64,000 bases of DNA from an uncultured delta proteobacterium. GTDB taxonomy: Bacteria > Desulfobacterota > Binatia > UBA9968. Where the stretch lies: NCBI GenBank assembly GCA_963847445.1, contig CAWJZV010000014.1:96001-160000 (forward strand), given 5' to 3'. Positions 32,676-42,287 of this stretch are shown here, piece after piece. The notes under the pieces were generated by a model that was not told the DNA's origin, did not search any database, and saw only the letters and a program-made list of their open reading frames with translations. A program made the position numbers and the translations under genes. Position 1 is the stretch's first letter. Each line of letters starts with the position of its first letter.

Positions 32676-32830
32676 TCCTTGCTAGCCGAACTTTCTTGCC
32701 GACTTCGGAGACTTAGCACAGCCGCCGCGGCCAAGATACCGGCCGGCAGCGCCAATTTAGTTGTATTCGAATTTTTCGCAATATATGTTGGCGCGAAGCT
32801 GCTTGCATTAACTTTTGCGCCGGGGAATTC

Positions 32831-33391
32831 ATGAAAAAACTATTAGGATTGTTGGTGATGAGCGGTGCGGTTACCGCGGCATTGTTTCTGTTAACCAGCC
32901 TTTCCGGACCCGGTGGCGGGCAGCCCAGTCAAGCGATCACACTCAAGCCCGGATCCCAGGTGCAGGATGGCTCCATCGTCTCCATCGAATACACTCTCAC
33001 CGGTGACGACGGCAAAGTCATCGATAGCAGCGCCGGCAAAGAACCGCTCACTTATATCCACGGCGCCGGACAGATCGTCAAGGGGCTGGAGCAGGAGCTC
33101 AACGGCCTCAAGGTCGGCGATCAAAAGAAAGTCAGCGTTAAACCGGAGGACGGCTACGGCATGCCGAGCGAAAAGGCCTTCCAGGAAATCCCCCGGGAAA
33201 AGGTTCCCGCCGAGGCGCAAAAAGAAGGCGCGACGCTGATGATGAAATCGCCCGACGGCCGACCCATCCCAATCAAGATCGCGCAAGTGAAAGAAAAAAC
33301 CGTCGTCGTCGACTTCAATCATCCCCTCGCCGGCAAGACGCTGCACTTCGACGTTAAGGTCAAGGACATCCAAGCCGCCGAAACCCGGTAA
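32831..33391 (+). CDS. SlyD-like FKBP peptidyl-prolyl isomerase with N-terminal signal/anchor
   Basis: VSIEYTL, EPLTYIHGAGQIVKGLE, PEDGYG, DFNHPLAGKTLHFDV. Confidence 0.9.
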   Translation: MKKLLGLLVMSGAVTAALFLLTSLSGPGGGQPSQAITLKPGSQVQDGSIVSIEYTLTGDDGKVIDSSAGKEPLTYIHGAGQIVKGLEQELNGLKVGDQKKVSVKPEDGYGMPSEKAFQEIPREKVPAEAQKEGATLMMKSPDGRPIPIKIAQVKEKTVVVDFNHPLAGKTLHFDVKVKDIQAAETR

Positions 33392-33399
33392 GAGATCAC

Positions 33400-33498
33400 G
33401 AGTGATGGAGACTGAGAGTGATGGAGTACTGGAGCACTGGAGTAATGCGTTCCGAATTCAAGCCGAAACCCAAAACTCCATTACTCCATCACTCCATT
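33400..33498. repeat. hairpin with 8-mer (TGGAGTNN) tandem arms
   Basis: gatggagtactggagcactggagtaatg ... actccattactccatcactccatt. Confidence 0.85.
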
Positions 33499-33505
33499 GC
33501 CTCCC

Positions 33506-34774
33506 ATGCGCCCCCGGTTCTTCTACGGCTACGTCATCATCGCTCTCTGCTTCGCCAACATGGTGGTGATGCGCGGCGTCAATGGCGCCTTCGGGGTTTA
33601 CTATCTCGCTTTGTTGGAAGAGTTCCCTTGGTCGCGCAGCGCCGGCGCCAGCATCGCGTCGGCGAACTTTTTCGTCTACGCCATCGCCTCGCCGCTGGTC
33701 GGACTCGCCTTCGACCGCTATGGGCCGCGGCTGCTCATGCCCGTGGGTGCGTTCTTGACCGGCCTTGGACTGGTGCTGTCATCTTTTGCGCACTCCCTCG
33801 GCGGCCTGTATTTCACCTACGGCATCGTCACCGCCTTGGGCCAAGGCGCCCTCAGTTTTGTCGGCCATAATGCGCTGATCTCATTCTGGTTCGTGCGCAA
33901 GCGCGCCACCGCCATCGGCATCGCCTCCATGGGCCAAGGGTTGGGCGCACTGGTGATGGTGCCGGCGACGCAATTGCTGGTCAGCTCCATCGGCTGGCGT
34001 TGGACCTACGTCGCCACCGGCGCTCTGCTCCTGCTCATATTGGTTCCGGCCAACGCATTCTTCCAGCGCCGCACGCCGGCGGAGGTCGGCCAGTTTCCCG
34101 ACGGCGACGCCGCGCCGTCGAGCGGCCCCACCGCCGGACGGCATGGCGCGAAACTCGCAGGCCAGCGCGACTGGACCCTCGGCCAGGCGGCACGCTCGTT
34201 TCCATTCTGGTGCATCACCATCGGCCACTTGGCGCTGGGCACCGCGCTGTTCATGATCAACACCCACGCCATCGCCCATTTCGTCGCCGTCGGTTACGAA
34301 AAGTTGGCGGCATCCTTTTACTTCGGCTTCATCGGTTTCATCCGGATTGGCGCGACGTTGATATGGGGCTCGCTTTCCGACCGCCTCGGCCGCAGCCAAA
34401 CCTACGCTGTCGCCACCGCCGTCACCGCGCTCGGCGTCGCCGGCATGATCGCCATGACCTTCGGCGCGCCGCTCTGGCTGGTCTATCTCACCATCGCTCT
34501 CTACGGCATCGGCCACAGCGCCGGCAACCCAACCTACGGCTCGGTCATCGGCGACATTTTTTCCGGCCGCAAGATCGGCCTGATTTTCGGATTTTTGGAA
34601 ATCAGCTTCGGCTTCGGCAGCGCCTTCGGCTCCTGGATCGGCGGCTATCTGTTCGACACCACCGGCAGCTACGCCTGGTCGTTTGGCGTCTGCCTCCTCT
34701 GCTACATCATCTCCGGCCTGGCGATTCACCTGTGCGTTCGTTGGCACAGCCGGGAAATGGCCCGCGCCCATTGA
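33506..34774 (+). CDS. MFS transporter (OFA/MCT-like)
   Basis: FFYGYVI, DRYGPR, WFVRKRATAIG, SDRLGR, FDTTGSY. Confidence 0.92.
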   Translation: MRPRFFYGYVIIALCFANMVVMRGVNGAFGVYYLALLEEFPWSRSAGASIASANFFVYAIASPLVGLAFDRYGPRLLMPVGAFLTGLGLVLSSFAHSLGGLYFTYGIVTALGQGALSFVGHNALISFWFVRKRATAIGIASMGQGLGALVMVPATQLLVSSIGWRWTYVATGALLLLILVPANAFFQRRTPAEVGQFPDGDAAPSSGPTAGRHGAKLAGQRDWTLGQAARSFPFWCITIGHLALGTALFMINTHAIAHFVAVGYEKLAASFYFGFIGFIRIGATLIWGSLSDRLGRSQTYAVATAVTALGVAGMIAMTFGAPLWLVYLTIALYGIGHSAGNPTYGSVIGDIFSGRKIGLIFGFLEISFGFGSAFGSWIGGYLFDTTGSYAWSFGVCLLCYIISGLAIHLCVRWHSREMARAH

Positions 34775-34860
34775 CAGCGCCGCATACAGCCGCCTAATAA
34801 ATGCTCGGGAACGGATTGGATTTCACCACAACGACATGCGCGGCATAGCCGCAACCGATA

Positions 34861-35016
34861 TTCGGAATATCTCGCGCAAAGGGCGCAATGGAAGAACGTT
34901 GTCATATCGAACGGAGAGAGAAATCCTGCTTAGATTCCTCGCCTTCGCTCGGGATGACAGGCCTGTGGCTTGTCACTTTCCGACCTTGGCGTCCTTGGCG
35001 CGAGGAATATCCGAAT
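34861..35016. mobile_element. composite ~160 bp MITE/REP element (copy 1)
   Basis: ttcggaatatctcgcgcaaag ... tgtcat...agaaatc...agatt...gggatgac ... ttggcgcgaggaatatccgaa; homologous to the copies at 52468 and 58971. Confidence 0.75.
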
Positions 35017-35036
35017 TTGAAAAGTAAGGAGCAATC

Positions 35037-36029
35037 ATGAACTTCTGTCTACATGGTTCGGCGCGCACGGTGAACGAAGCGGTCGAGCGCGCCAAACGCG
35101 CCGAAGCCCTCGGCTTCGAGGCGATTTTTTTCGCCGACAGCCAGATGAACAACGTCGATCCTTACCAAGCGATGGCGCTGTGCGCCGTCAACACGAAAAC
35201 CATCCGTTTCGGCACCGCGGTGACCAACATGGTCTACCGCGATCCGACGATCACGGCGTGCTCCTACGCGACGCTGAATGAAATCTCCGGCGGCCGCGCC
35301 ATCGTCGGCATGGGCACCGGCGATGGGCCGGTTTACAGCCTAGGCCGAACCGCGACCAAGCTCGTCGACTTCGAGAAAGGGCTGCGCGTGATCCGCGACC
35401 TGCTCCATGACCGCGGCATCGACATTCCGCAGAGCCATGAACGCCAAGGCGGCGTGGTTAAATTGAAAGCCGGCAAGCGGCCAGTGCCGATATACATCTC
35501 GGCGGAAGGGCCGAAAACCCTGCGGGTCGCCGGCCGCACCTGCGATGGCATCATTCTGGGCACCGGCTTCGACAAGCGGGTCACCGACTGGGCGCGCCAA
35601 CGACTCGCCGAAGGCGCCAGAGACGAAGGGCGAAACTTGGCCGACATCGACATCATGCCCGCCGGCATGATCGTCGTCGATGACGACGGCGACCTGGCGC
35701 GCCGGCGTGTGCGCAGCCGCATGGCCAACCGTGCCCATCATAATTTTCGCTTCACCATGGAGACCGTGCCCGAAGGCGAGGCCGCCGGCATTCAAAAATT
35801 CATGGAAAATTTCGACATCGCGAAACCGATCGAAGAGCGCGTCGACCCCGACTTCGTCACCGATTACCTGCTCGAACGCTTCACCATCGCCGGCACGCCC
35901 GCCGAATGCATCGCCAAAGTGAAAAGGCTCGAAGCCGACGGCATAACGCGAATACTCCTCACACCGCCCAACGCGATCTACGATCAGGTGATGGAGAAGT
36001 GGGGCAGGCAGGTAATCGAAAAATACTAG
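35037..36029 (+). CDS. LLM class (Mer/F420-like) oxidoreductase
   Basis: AEALGFEAIFFADSQ, FGTAVTN, SGGRAIVGMGTGD, PIYISAEGPKTL. Confidence 0.9.
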   Translation: MNFCLHGSARTVNEAVERAKRAEALGFEAIFFADSQMNNVDPYQAMALCAVNTKTIRFGTAVTNMVYRDPTITACSYATLNEISGGRAIVGMGTGDGPVYSLGRTATKLVDFEKGLRVIRDLLHDRGIDIPQSHERQGGVVKLKAGKRPVPIYISAEGPKTLRVAGRTCDGIILGTGFDKRVTDWARQRLAEGARDEGRNLADIDIMPAGMIVVDDDGDLARRRVRSRMANRAHHNFRFTMETVPEGEAAGIQKFMENFDIAKPIEERVDPDFVTDYLLERFTIAGTPAECIAKVKRLEADGITRILLTPPNAIYDQVMEKWGRQVIEKY

Positions 36030-36157
36030 CAGGCTGCTGAAAAAGACCCATATGCTTCGTTGCGCTCAATCGCCTCGCGTCAACGTACTGCCGATGTACG
36101 CCTCCGCTCGCCGATTTTTCGCGCGCCTTGCCTCTGGATCTTTTAAGCAACCTGCTA
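36027..36157. mobile_element. MITE-like element with terminal inverted repeats
   Basis: tagcaggctgctgaaaaaga ... tcttttaagcaacctgcta; TA at both ends; overlaps the upstream stop codon. Confidence 0.7.
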
Positions 36158-36179
36158 AAGGTCACAAGTCGGAGGGCAA

Positions 36180-36563
36180 ATACCCCCGGGCGATCATCGA
36201 TCCTCAATCCTCGATCATCGGCCTTATTACTACTTGGCGCCCTGCTGGCAATTCCGGCAATCGCCCAAGGACAAATCAAACTACGCGAGGCTATGTCGAA
36301 GCCATCGGCCGCATCAAACGCAGCCCCGACTCGGCTTACCGCGCGCTATCGCGCTACACCGGCGTCAGCGACGCCGCCGCCTGGGAGAAATCCGCAAATT
36401 CTACGCCGACAGCTTCGCCAGCGTGCCACGCACGGAATCGAACGGCTGGCGCAATCTCATCGCTACGCTGGGCAAAAGCGAAGCGGAGATGGTCCGCTTG
36501 ATCGACATGAGCTTGCTCGATGAGCTGCAGCGGGAAGGATTCTTCGAACGGATGGGCAAGTAG
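36180..36563 (+). pseudogene. internally deleted SsuA/NMT1-type SBP
   Basis: Signal peptide ALLLLGALLAIPAIAQGQIKLR joined to RGYVEAIGRIK...YTGVSD...IDMSLLDELQREGFFERMGK*. Confidence 0.7.
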
Positions 36564-36709
36564 ACTCGATTTCTCGCTACAATTCGTCATCGCCAACAAA
36601 GATAAATATTTCTGGCGAATTGAAACACCCGATTCGTTGAGTTCACCTGCGTCACCATGTACCCTTGATGTACAATCCAATCGCAGTAAATGCGTGAGAG
36701 GGGAACTAA

Positions 36710-37356
36710 ATGCAGGTTAAACTTATCACTTGGGTCGCCGCCGCCAAGATTTCGCTGTCGCTGATGCGTCATGTTCGCTATTTCATTCTCGGTTAGCGCA
36801 GCGGAGAAAGCCAAGAACGATCTACGTCGTCAAAGACGGCATGCTGGTGAGCATGGATTACACGCTCAAGGGCACCGACGGCAAAGTGATCGATACCAAC
36901 AAAGGTCGTGAGCCTCTCAAGTATGTCCATGGGCAAAAGATGATGATCCCCGGCCTGGAGAAAGAGCTCACCGGCATGAAGGTCGGCGGCGAGAAGAACG
37001 TCACGGTCAAACCGGAAGACGCCTATGGGCCGATTAACAAGAATGCCTTTCAAGAAGTCCCGAAAGAAAAACTTCCCGCCAATGGTTTGAAAGTCGGCGC
37101 CGTAATGGCGGCGAAGAGTCCCGAGGGGCAAGTCGTGCCCATGCGCGTCCATGAAATCAAAGACAGCACTGTGGTCATGGACATGAACCATCCGATGGCC
37201 GGCAAGACTCTGGTCTTCAACGTCAAGATCGTCGACATCCAGCCGGCGCCGCCGCCAGCGGCTGCCAAGCCAGCGGCGCCGGCGAAACCTGCGGAACCGG
37301 CTAAACCGGCAACTCCGGCGCAACCGGCAAAACCCGCGGATCCTGCGGTAAAATAA
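36710..37356 (+). CDS. second SlyD-like FKBP PPIase with signal peptide (5' frameshifts) and Pro/Ala/Lys tail
   Basis: VSMDYTL, EPLKYVHG, PEDAYG, DMNHPMAGKTLVFNV; tail of PAKPA repeats. Confidence 0.88.
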
Positions 37357-37375
37357 CCGGACGAGCCACCCGTTC

Positions 37376-38126
37376 ATGGAGCTCGAAGAATTCGCCGCCC
37401 GAGTGCGTGACTCTCACGAGCTGGTTTTTTTCACCGGCGCCGGCATCAGCACCGAATCCGGCGTGCCCGACTTCCGCAGCCCCGGCGGCGTCTGGACGAA
37501 ATACCAGCCGGTGCTGTTCCAAGATTTTCTCGCCAGCGAAGCCGCGCGAGTGCAACACTGGCAGCTCAAGAAAGCCACCTACGAGCTGTTTAAAACGGTC
37601 AAGCCCAACATCGGCCACCGGGCGATTTGCCAATTCGAACAGCGCGGTCAATTGCTCGGCTTGATCACGCAAAATATCGACGGCCTGCACAAGCTCGCCG
37701 GCACTTCGGACAGCCGTTTGGTCGAGCTACACGGCACCGATCGGTTCGTCACCTGCCTCAAGTGCGGCAAGAGCTTTTCAACCCGCCGACGTCTACGAGA
37801 CTTGGCAAGAAGGACTGCCGACGCCGACTTGCGACGCCTGCGGCGGTTTCCTGAAATCCGCCAACATCTCGTTCGGCCAATCGATGCCGGTCGAAGCGAT
37901 GCAGCGCGCCCAGCGCTGGAGCGAGCAGGCCGATATCTTCATCGTCATCGGCTCATCCTTGCAAGTGCAACCGGCGGCATCCTTCCCGGTTATCGCAAAA
38001 CGCAGCGGCGCGCTCCTCGCCATCGTCAACCGCGACCCGACACCGCTCGACGACCTCGCCGACTTCATTCATAATGGCGCCATCGGCGAATTCTTTACCC
38101 AGCTCAAGATCCTGCTCGATCATTAA
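37376..38126 (+). CDS. cobB: Sir2 family NAD-dependent protein deacylase (frameshift ~37780)
   Basis: GAGISTESGVPDFRS, TQNIDGLH, ELHG, CxxC...CxxC, GSSLQVQPAA. Confidence 0.88.
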
Positions 38127-38178
38127 GGGCTTGGGTAGATTCGTCATCGAACGATATCCGTTCGCTAGAGACGACCCC

Positions 38179-39030
38179 ATGCAGCTCATGCGTATGGCCG
38201 AAGTGCCGGCCACCGACCGCAAACGAGTTTTCCGCTACTCTGGCGGCCGCGCCTTAATAGCCACCGCCGTTGTCGTTGCCTTAGCGGTCGGTGCTTTGCT
38301 GCTTGCCTGGACGACCGCGCACTGGCTCGCCTATTACTTAGCCGCCGTCGCGACAATCTTGCCGCTGATATTTCACAAACTCGTCACTGCCCGCTTCCGT
38401 TCATCCAACTGGCTCGTGCGCCTCACCGACCACGGCCTGTTCATTAAATTTCGCTCCTATCTGAATTTCCATTTCCCCGACCAGGATCTATCCGTCGTGT
38501 TCATTTCTCACTCGGAGATTCGCTCGGCGCGATTTATCCTGCAGAAGCAGGAAGTCCCGGATCGAAACGACGGCGGCCGGCCGGCAACGACGGCCAAAAC
38601 GCAAAAATTGGTGGAGTTGGAACTTGCGAGTGAATCCAAAAAGCTCGCCGACGCACTGACCGGCGAGCGAGCCCACACCCTCGGCGGCAAGAACCTCGGC
38701 AAAATCTCATCGCGATACCATCACCTGCCGGTCCGCCTGGCCGCACCGGATCGATTACAAATCGAATGGGGTGTCGTGCCCAACGCCCAGACCTTTCTCG
38801 ATGCACTTACCCGGCACACGCTGGTGCAACCTACCGAAACAACCTCGAAGGATTTCGTCAACCTGGAAGAACTCAACCGAGACGAACAAGAAACCCGCCT
38901 GCTCGAACTTGCCGCAGCGGGCGACAAGATCGGCGCCATCACGATGGCGCGCCGGCTCTATCACTACGATCTCACTCAAGCCAAAGAGTTCATCGAAGGG
39001 CTCGCCAACAAACGCTCACCGCAAGCGTAG
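38179..39030 (+). CDS. membrane protein, 2 TM + soluble domain + C-terminal L7/L12-like helical motif
   Basis: Two hydrophobic helices; C-terminal GDKIGAITMARRLYHYDLTQAKEFIE. Confidence 0.7.
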   Translation: MQLMRMAEVPATDRKRVFRYSGGRALIATAVVVALAVGALLLAWTTAHWLAYYLAAVATILPLIFHKLVTARFRSSNWLVRLTDHGLFIKFRSYLNFHFPDQDLSVVFISHSEIRSARFILQKQEVPDRNDGGRPATTAKTQKLVELELASESKKLADALTGERAHTLGGKNLGKISSRYHHLPVRLAAPDRLQIEWGVVPNAQTFLDALTRHTLVQPTETTSKDFVNLEELNRDEQETRLLELAAAGDKIGAITMARRLYHYDLTQAKEFIEGLANKRSPQA

Positions 39031-39041
39031 CTGCTTTCAAA

Positions 39042-39641
39042 ATGGCAACCATCGAAACCGTCCTCACCTACTGGTTCGGCGCCAATCCCGGCGAAGCCGC
39101 GCTGGCCAAAGACCGCGCCGATTTGTGGTGGTCGAAAAATGGCGAAGTCGACAGAGAGATTCGCCAGCGATTCGAGGGCAGCCTTGAGCTCGCCGCAGCG
39201 GGAAAGCTCGACCCGTGGCTCGCCGAGCCGCGCGGCCGGCTCGCGCTGATAATTCTAACCGATCAATTTCCGCGCAGCATCTACCGCGATTCACCGCTGG
39301 CTTTCAGCTTCGACGCGAAAGCACTTAAGTGCAGTCTCGAAGGCATGCAACAGCGCCACGACCGATTACTACAACCCATCGAGAGAGCTTTCTTCTATCT
39401 ACCGCTGGAGCATTCAGAACTGCTGGAGCATCAAGAGCGGTCGGTTCTTATATTTGGCAATCTCGTACCGCGGGTCGCGGCAGAACAAAAAGAAATCTTC
39501 GAGCATTATTTAAGCTTCGCCATCCTGCACCGCGATATCATCGCGCGCTTTGGCCGTTTCCCGCACCGTAATCGAATCCTCGGCCGGTCATCGACGGCCG
39601 AAGAGTTACATTTTCTCTCTCAGCCCGGCTCTTCGTTCTGA
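39042..39641 (+). CDS. DUF924 family protein
   Basis: VLTYWFG, LALIILTDQFPR, FFYLPLEHSE, FGRFPHRN. Confidence 0.93.
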   Translation: MATIETVLTYWFGANPGEAALAKDRADLWWSKNGEVDREIRQRFEGSLELAAAGKLDPWLAEPRGRLALIILTDQFPRSIYRDSPLAFSFDAKALKCSLEGMQQRHDRLLQPIERAFFYLPLEHSELLEHQERSVLIFGNLVPRVAAEQKEIFEHYLSFAILHRDIIARFGRFPHRNRILGRSSTAEELHFLSQPGSSF

Positions 39642-39642
39642 G

Positions 39643-40392
39643 CTAAGCTTCTTGTTGCAATTCGCGCACGACCTGCTCCAACTCAGTCAAGACCGTCTGA
39701 TAAAGTAGCTCGCCATCCGTGGCGCTCGCCGCGGCGGGAAAACCATCGACGCCGATCTCTGAGTGTTCCTTGATATTAACGTAGCGGGTAATGCCCTCGC
39801 CGGAAATAAACCGGCTGTGATGCAGCTGATCCGAGCGAAAGCCATCGGGCAGCGCGCTCAAGTCGACCAGCTGCGGCGCCAAGTAAAGCATCAGCGAAGT
39901 TTCCAGTTCACCGGAGTGACCCATGCCTTTGGATTTTGACTTCTTAAGCGACTTAACCAGAGCTGGCACCAAATCCCAATAAACGATCACGTTAATCGAA
40001 AAACCCATCTCCGCGTAGAGCTCCTGCCCCAACACTTGCAAGCTGGCCCGGTTGCCGCCATGGCCGTTGAGCAGAATCATCCGGCGAAAACCATGGGCAT
40101 GCATGCAGCCACAAATATCCCGCAGCAAATCGATGAACACCCGCGGCCTCAGTGTAATCGTGCCGGGGAAATCCATGTGATGCCCCGAAGTCCCCGCCCA
40201 CACCGGCGGCAAGGTAAGAATTCCCGGCATGCGCTTTTCCAGATCCTCGGCAATGCGATTGGCGACAAAATGATCGACTTGCAACGGCAAGTGCGGTCCA
40301 TGTTGCTCCATCGAACCGGTCGGTAATATCGTGACGATCTTTGAGCGGTCCAAAGCCTTCATCTGCGGCCAACGCTGTTCACCCCATTTCAT
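39643..40392 (-). CDS. creatininase family amidohydrolase
   Basis: PTGSMEQHGPHLP, HHMDFPGT, NGHGGN, HSGELETS. Confidence 0.92.
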   Translation of the reverse strand: MKWGEQRWPQMKALDRSKIVTILPTGSMEQHGPHLPLQVDHFVANRIAEDLEKRMPGILTLPPVWAGTSGHHMDFPGTITLRPRVFIDLLRDICGCMHAHGFRRMILLNGHGGNRASLQVLGQELYAEMGFSINVIVYWDLVPALVKSLKKSKSKGMGHSGELETSLMLYLAPQLVDLSALPDGFRSDQLHHSRFISGEGITRYVNIKEHSEIGVDGFPAAASATDGELLYQTVLTELEQVVRELQQEA

Positions 40393-40425
40393 GATGCACC
40401 TCCGTAGCACAAGGTAAAATCTCGA

Positions 40426-41418
40426 TTACGGCCGCAATAAAATCTTCTTAGCCCCGACTCCCGCAGCTGCCGCTATGGCATCGATACCATCTTTCAATGG
40501 ATATATCGCTTCAATCAGCGGCGTCACCGCCACGCGCTTTGCCGCCAAGGCATCGAGGGCGTCGGGAAACGGGCCGCAGCGCGATCCGATCACATTGATC
40601 TCGTTGATCACGATGGCAGCCAACGAGACTTCATGGTTGCCGGCGATGGTGCTTTTTAGAATCAACGTCCCGCGCGGCCGCACCGCACTGAGAGCGAGTT
40701 CCAGACCCGACGCAGAGCCGGTGGCCTCAACGACGATGTCGAATAGGCGCGGCTGCCAGTCATTCAATTGAACAGTCCTGACGCCAGTCTTTTTTATCCG
40801 CGCGAGTTTATCGGCGTGCTTGCCCAGCGCCGTGACCCTGGCGCCGGTGAGGTTCACCACTTGGGCGCACAGATTGCCCAACTTGCCGTCGCCCAGCACC
40901 AGCACTTCGTGGCCATGATCGATTTGCACCTGCGTCAAGATTTCACAAGCCGCCGCCAGCGGCTCGGTGAACACCGCTTCTTCGTCGCCAATGCTGTCTG
41001 GGACCGGATGCAGATTAGCCACCGGCACCGCGACATATTCGGCAAACGCGCCATCGGCGTTAACGATGCCCATCACGCTGCGATTCGGGCAATGGCGGGA
41101 AAGATCACTCCGGCAATTATCGCAACTGCCGCAACCGAAATTGATTTCACCGACCGCCCGCTTGCCGATCCATTCACGCGGACCTTCAACAACCGAACCG
41201 ATGAACTCGTGACCGGGCACCCCGGTAAAACCCATATAGCCTTTGAGAATTTGCAAATCGGTGGAGCAAACACCGGCGAGATGAACTTTGACCAAGGCCA
41301 TTGCCTTCGCATCAATTTGCGAAGCGATCCTCGATCCTCCATCCTCGATTCTCAACCCAGGCGACGGATAAGCCGAGTCGAACCTCAGCTTATGTCCGTC
41401 CCAGTGAAGCGCCTCCAT
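40426..41418 (-). CDS. zinc-dependent alcohol dehydrogenase (MDR)
   Basis: GVCSTD, GHEF, CGSCDNC...C, EPLAAA, GDGKLG. Confidence 0.92.
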   Translation of the reverse strand: MEALHWDGHKLRFDSAYPSPGLRIEDGGSRIASQIDAKAMALVKVHLAGVCSTDLQILKGYMGFTGVPGHEFIGSVVEGPREWIGKRAVGEINFGCGSCDNCRSDLSRHCPNRSVMGIVNADGAFAEYVAVPVANLHPVPDSIGDEEAVFTEPLAAACEILTQVQIDHGHEVLVLGDGKLGNLCAQVVNLTGARVTALGKHADKLARIKKTGVRTVQLNDWQPRLFDIVVEATGSASGLELALSAVRPRGTLILKSTIAGNHEVSLAAIVINEINVIGSRCGPFPDALDALAAKRVAVTPLIEAIYPLKDGIDAIAAAAGVGAKKILLRP

Positions 41419-41436
41419 GATTGTGAATTCGGCGAG

Positions 41437-42255
41437 CTAACTGCGCAGCGGCCTTGCCCATTTCGTTTTCGGCCGTTCGACCAATTCGCCATCGACGTAG
41501 ATGTCGCAGCCTTGCTCGTGAAAGAAGCTCAGCAGTCCCTTGATCTTCGGGCACTCGGGGATTGTCTCCATGTAGCCCCAAACCAGATCGGCGAACGTCT
41601 CATTGCCCAACTTCACCGACCAGTACGATGCCGGCCCCTTGTACGGGCAACGCGATTGGGTAGTGCTCGGCACCAGCAAATCCATGCGCACATCTTCTTG
41701 CGGCATGTAGTAACGAACCGGATGATTGGTCTCGAAGAGCAAATGCGGCCGGCGCGTTTCGGCGACGGTTTTGCCGTCGATGAGGACCCGCACATGGCGC
41801 GCGCTCGGCAGCGCGTCGACGCGCTTGTAGGGATCGCGAGCGTGCTTGTAGAGCTCTTCTTCCTCCTCCATCCATTTGTCCATCTTCGGCCAGTCAAAAG
41901 CGAAATGGTCTTTGATCGCGCTCGCCGCCGGCAAAGGATTCACGTAGCTCCAAGCCGCATTCTCCGCCGATCGGCCACCGGCGTTGATAGACCAATAGGC
42001 TGCCGCGCCTTTGACCGAACAGTCGGCTTGCTGCGCGCTCGCAGTGAACAGATCGACACGCACATCTTCCTTGGGAAAATAATAAGCCGGCAGCACTTCA
42101 GCCTCACGCACCAACTTCGCGCGCTTGCTGCTGGCAATCACCTCGCCGCCGAAGAACACCCGCACATGGCGCGGACTCTGGGAAACATGCAGCCAATGCC
42201 CGGCATCGCCATGAATCGGCACGCGCTCTTGAATGATATTGCTCTGCATGATCAT
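41437..42255 (-). CDS. tandem DUF427 domain protein
   Basis: Two modules: YYFPKEDV...CSVKGAAAYW and YYMPQEDV...CPYKGPASYW; RDPYKRVD linker. Confidence 0.92.
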   Translation of the reverse strand: MIMQSNIIQERVPIHGDAGHWLHVSQSPRHVRVFFGGEVIASSKRAKLVREAEVLPAYYFPKEDVRVDLFTASAQQADCSVKGAAAYWSINAGGRSAENAAWSYVNPLPAASAIKDHFAFDWPKMDKWMEEEEELYKHARDPYKRVDALPSARHVRVLIDGKTVAETRRPHLLFETNHPVRYYMPQEDVRMDLLVPSTTQSRCPYKGPASYWSVKLGNETFADLVWGYMETIPECPKIKGLLSFFHEQGCDIYVDGELVERPKTKWARPLRS

Positions 42256-42287
42256 AACCTCCGTTCAGAACTCACCACGACCCCAAG

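Noticed and set aside
32787-32806. sigma54 promoter before the first PPIase (TTGGCGCGAAGCTGC)
   Set aside because: GG-to-GC spacing is 9, not the required 10.
37376-38126. Sir2 anti-phage effector (Thoeris/DSR type)
   Set aside because: Short classical zinc-binding sirtuin with deacylase motifs and no defence partners.
6195-38126. Programmed ribosomal frameshifting or mass pseudogenisation
   Set aside because: Indels are scattered without consistent slippery sites and the coding sequence is otherwise conserved; sequencing error is more parsimonious.
39643-40392. Mycofactocin peptidase mftE
   Set aside because: Creatininase-family motifs only; no mftA/B/C nearby.
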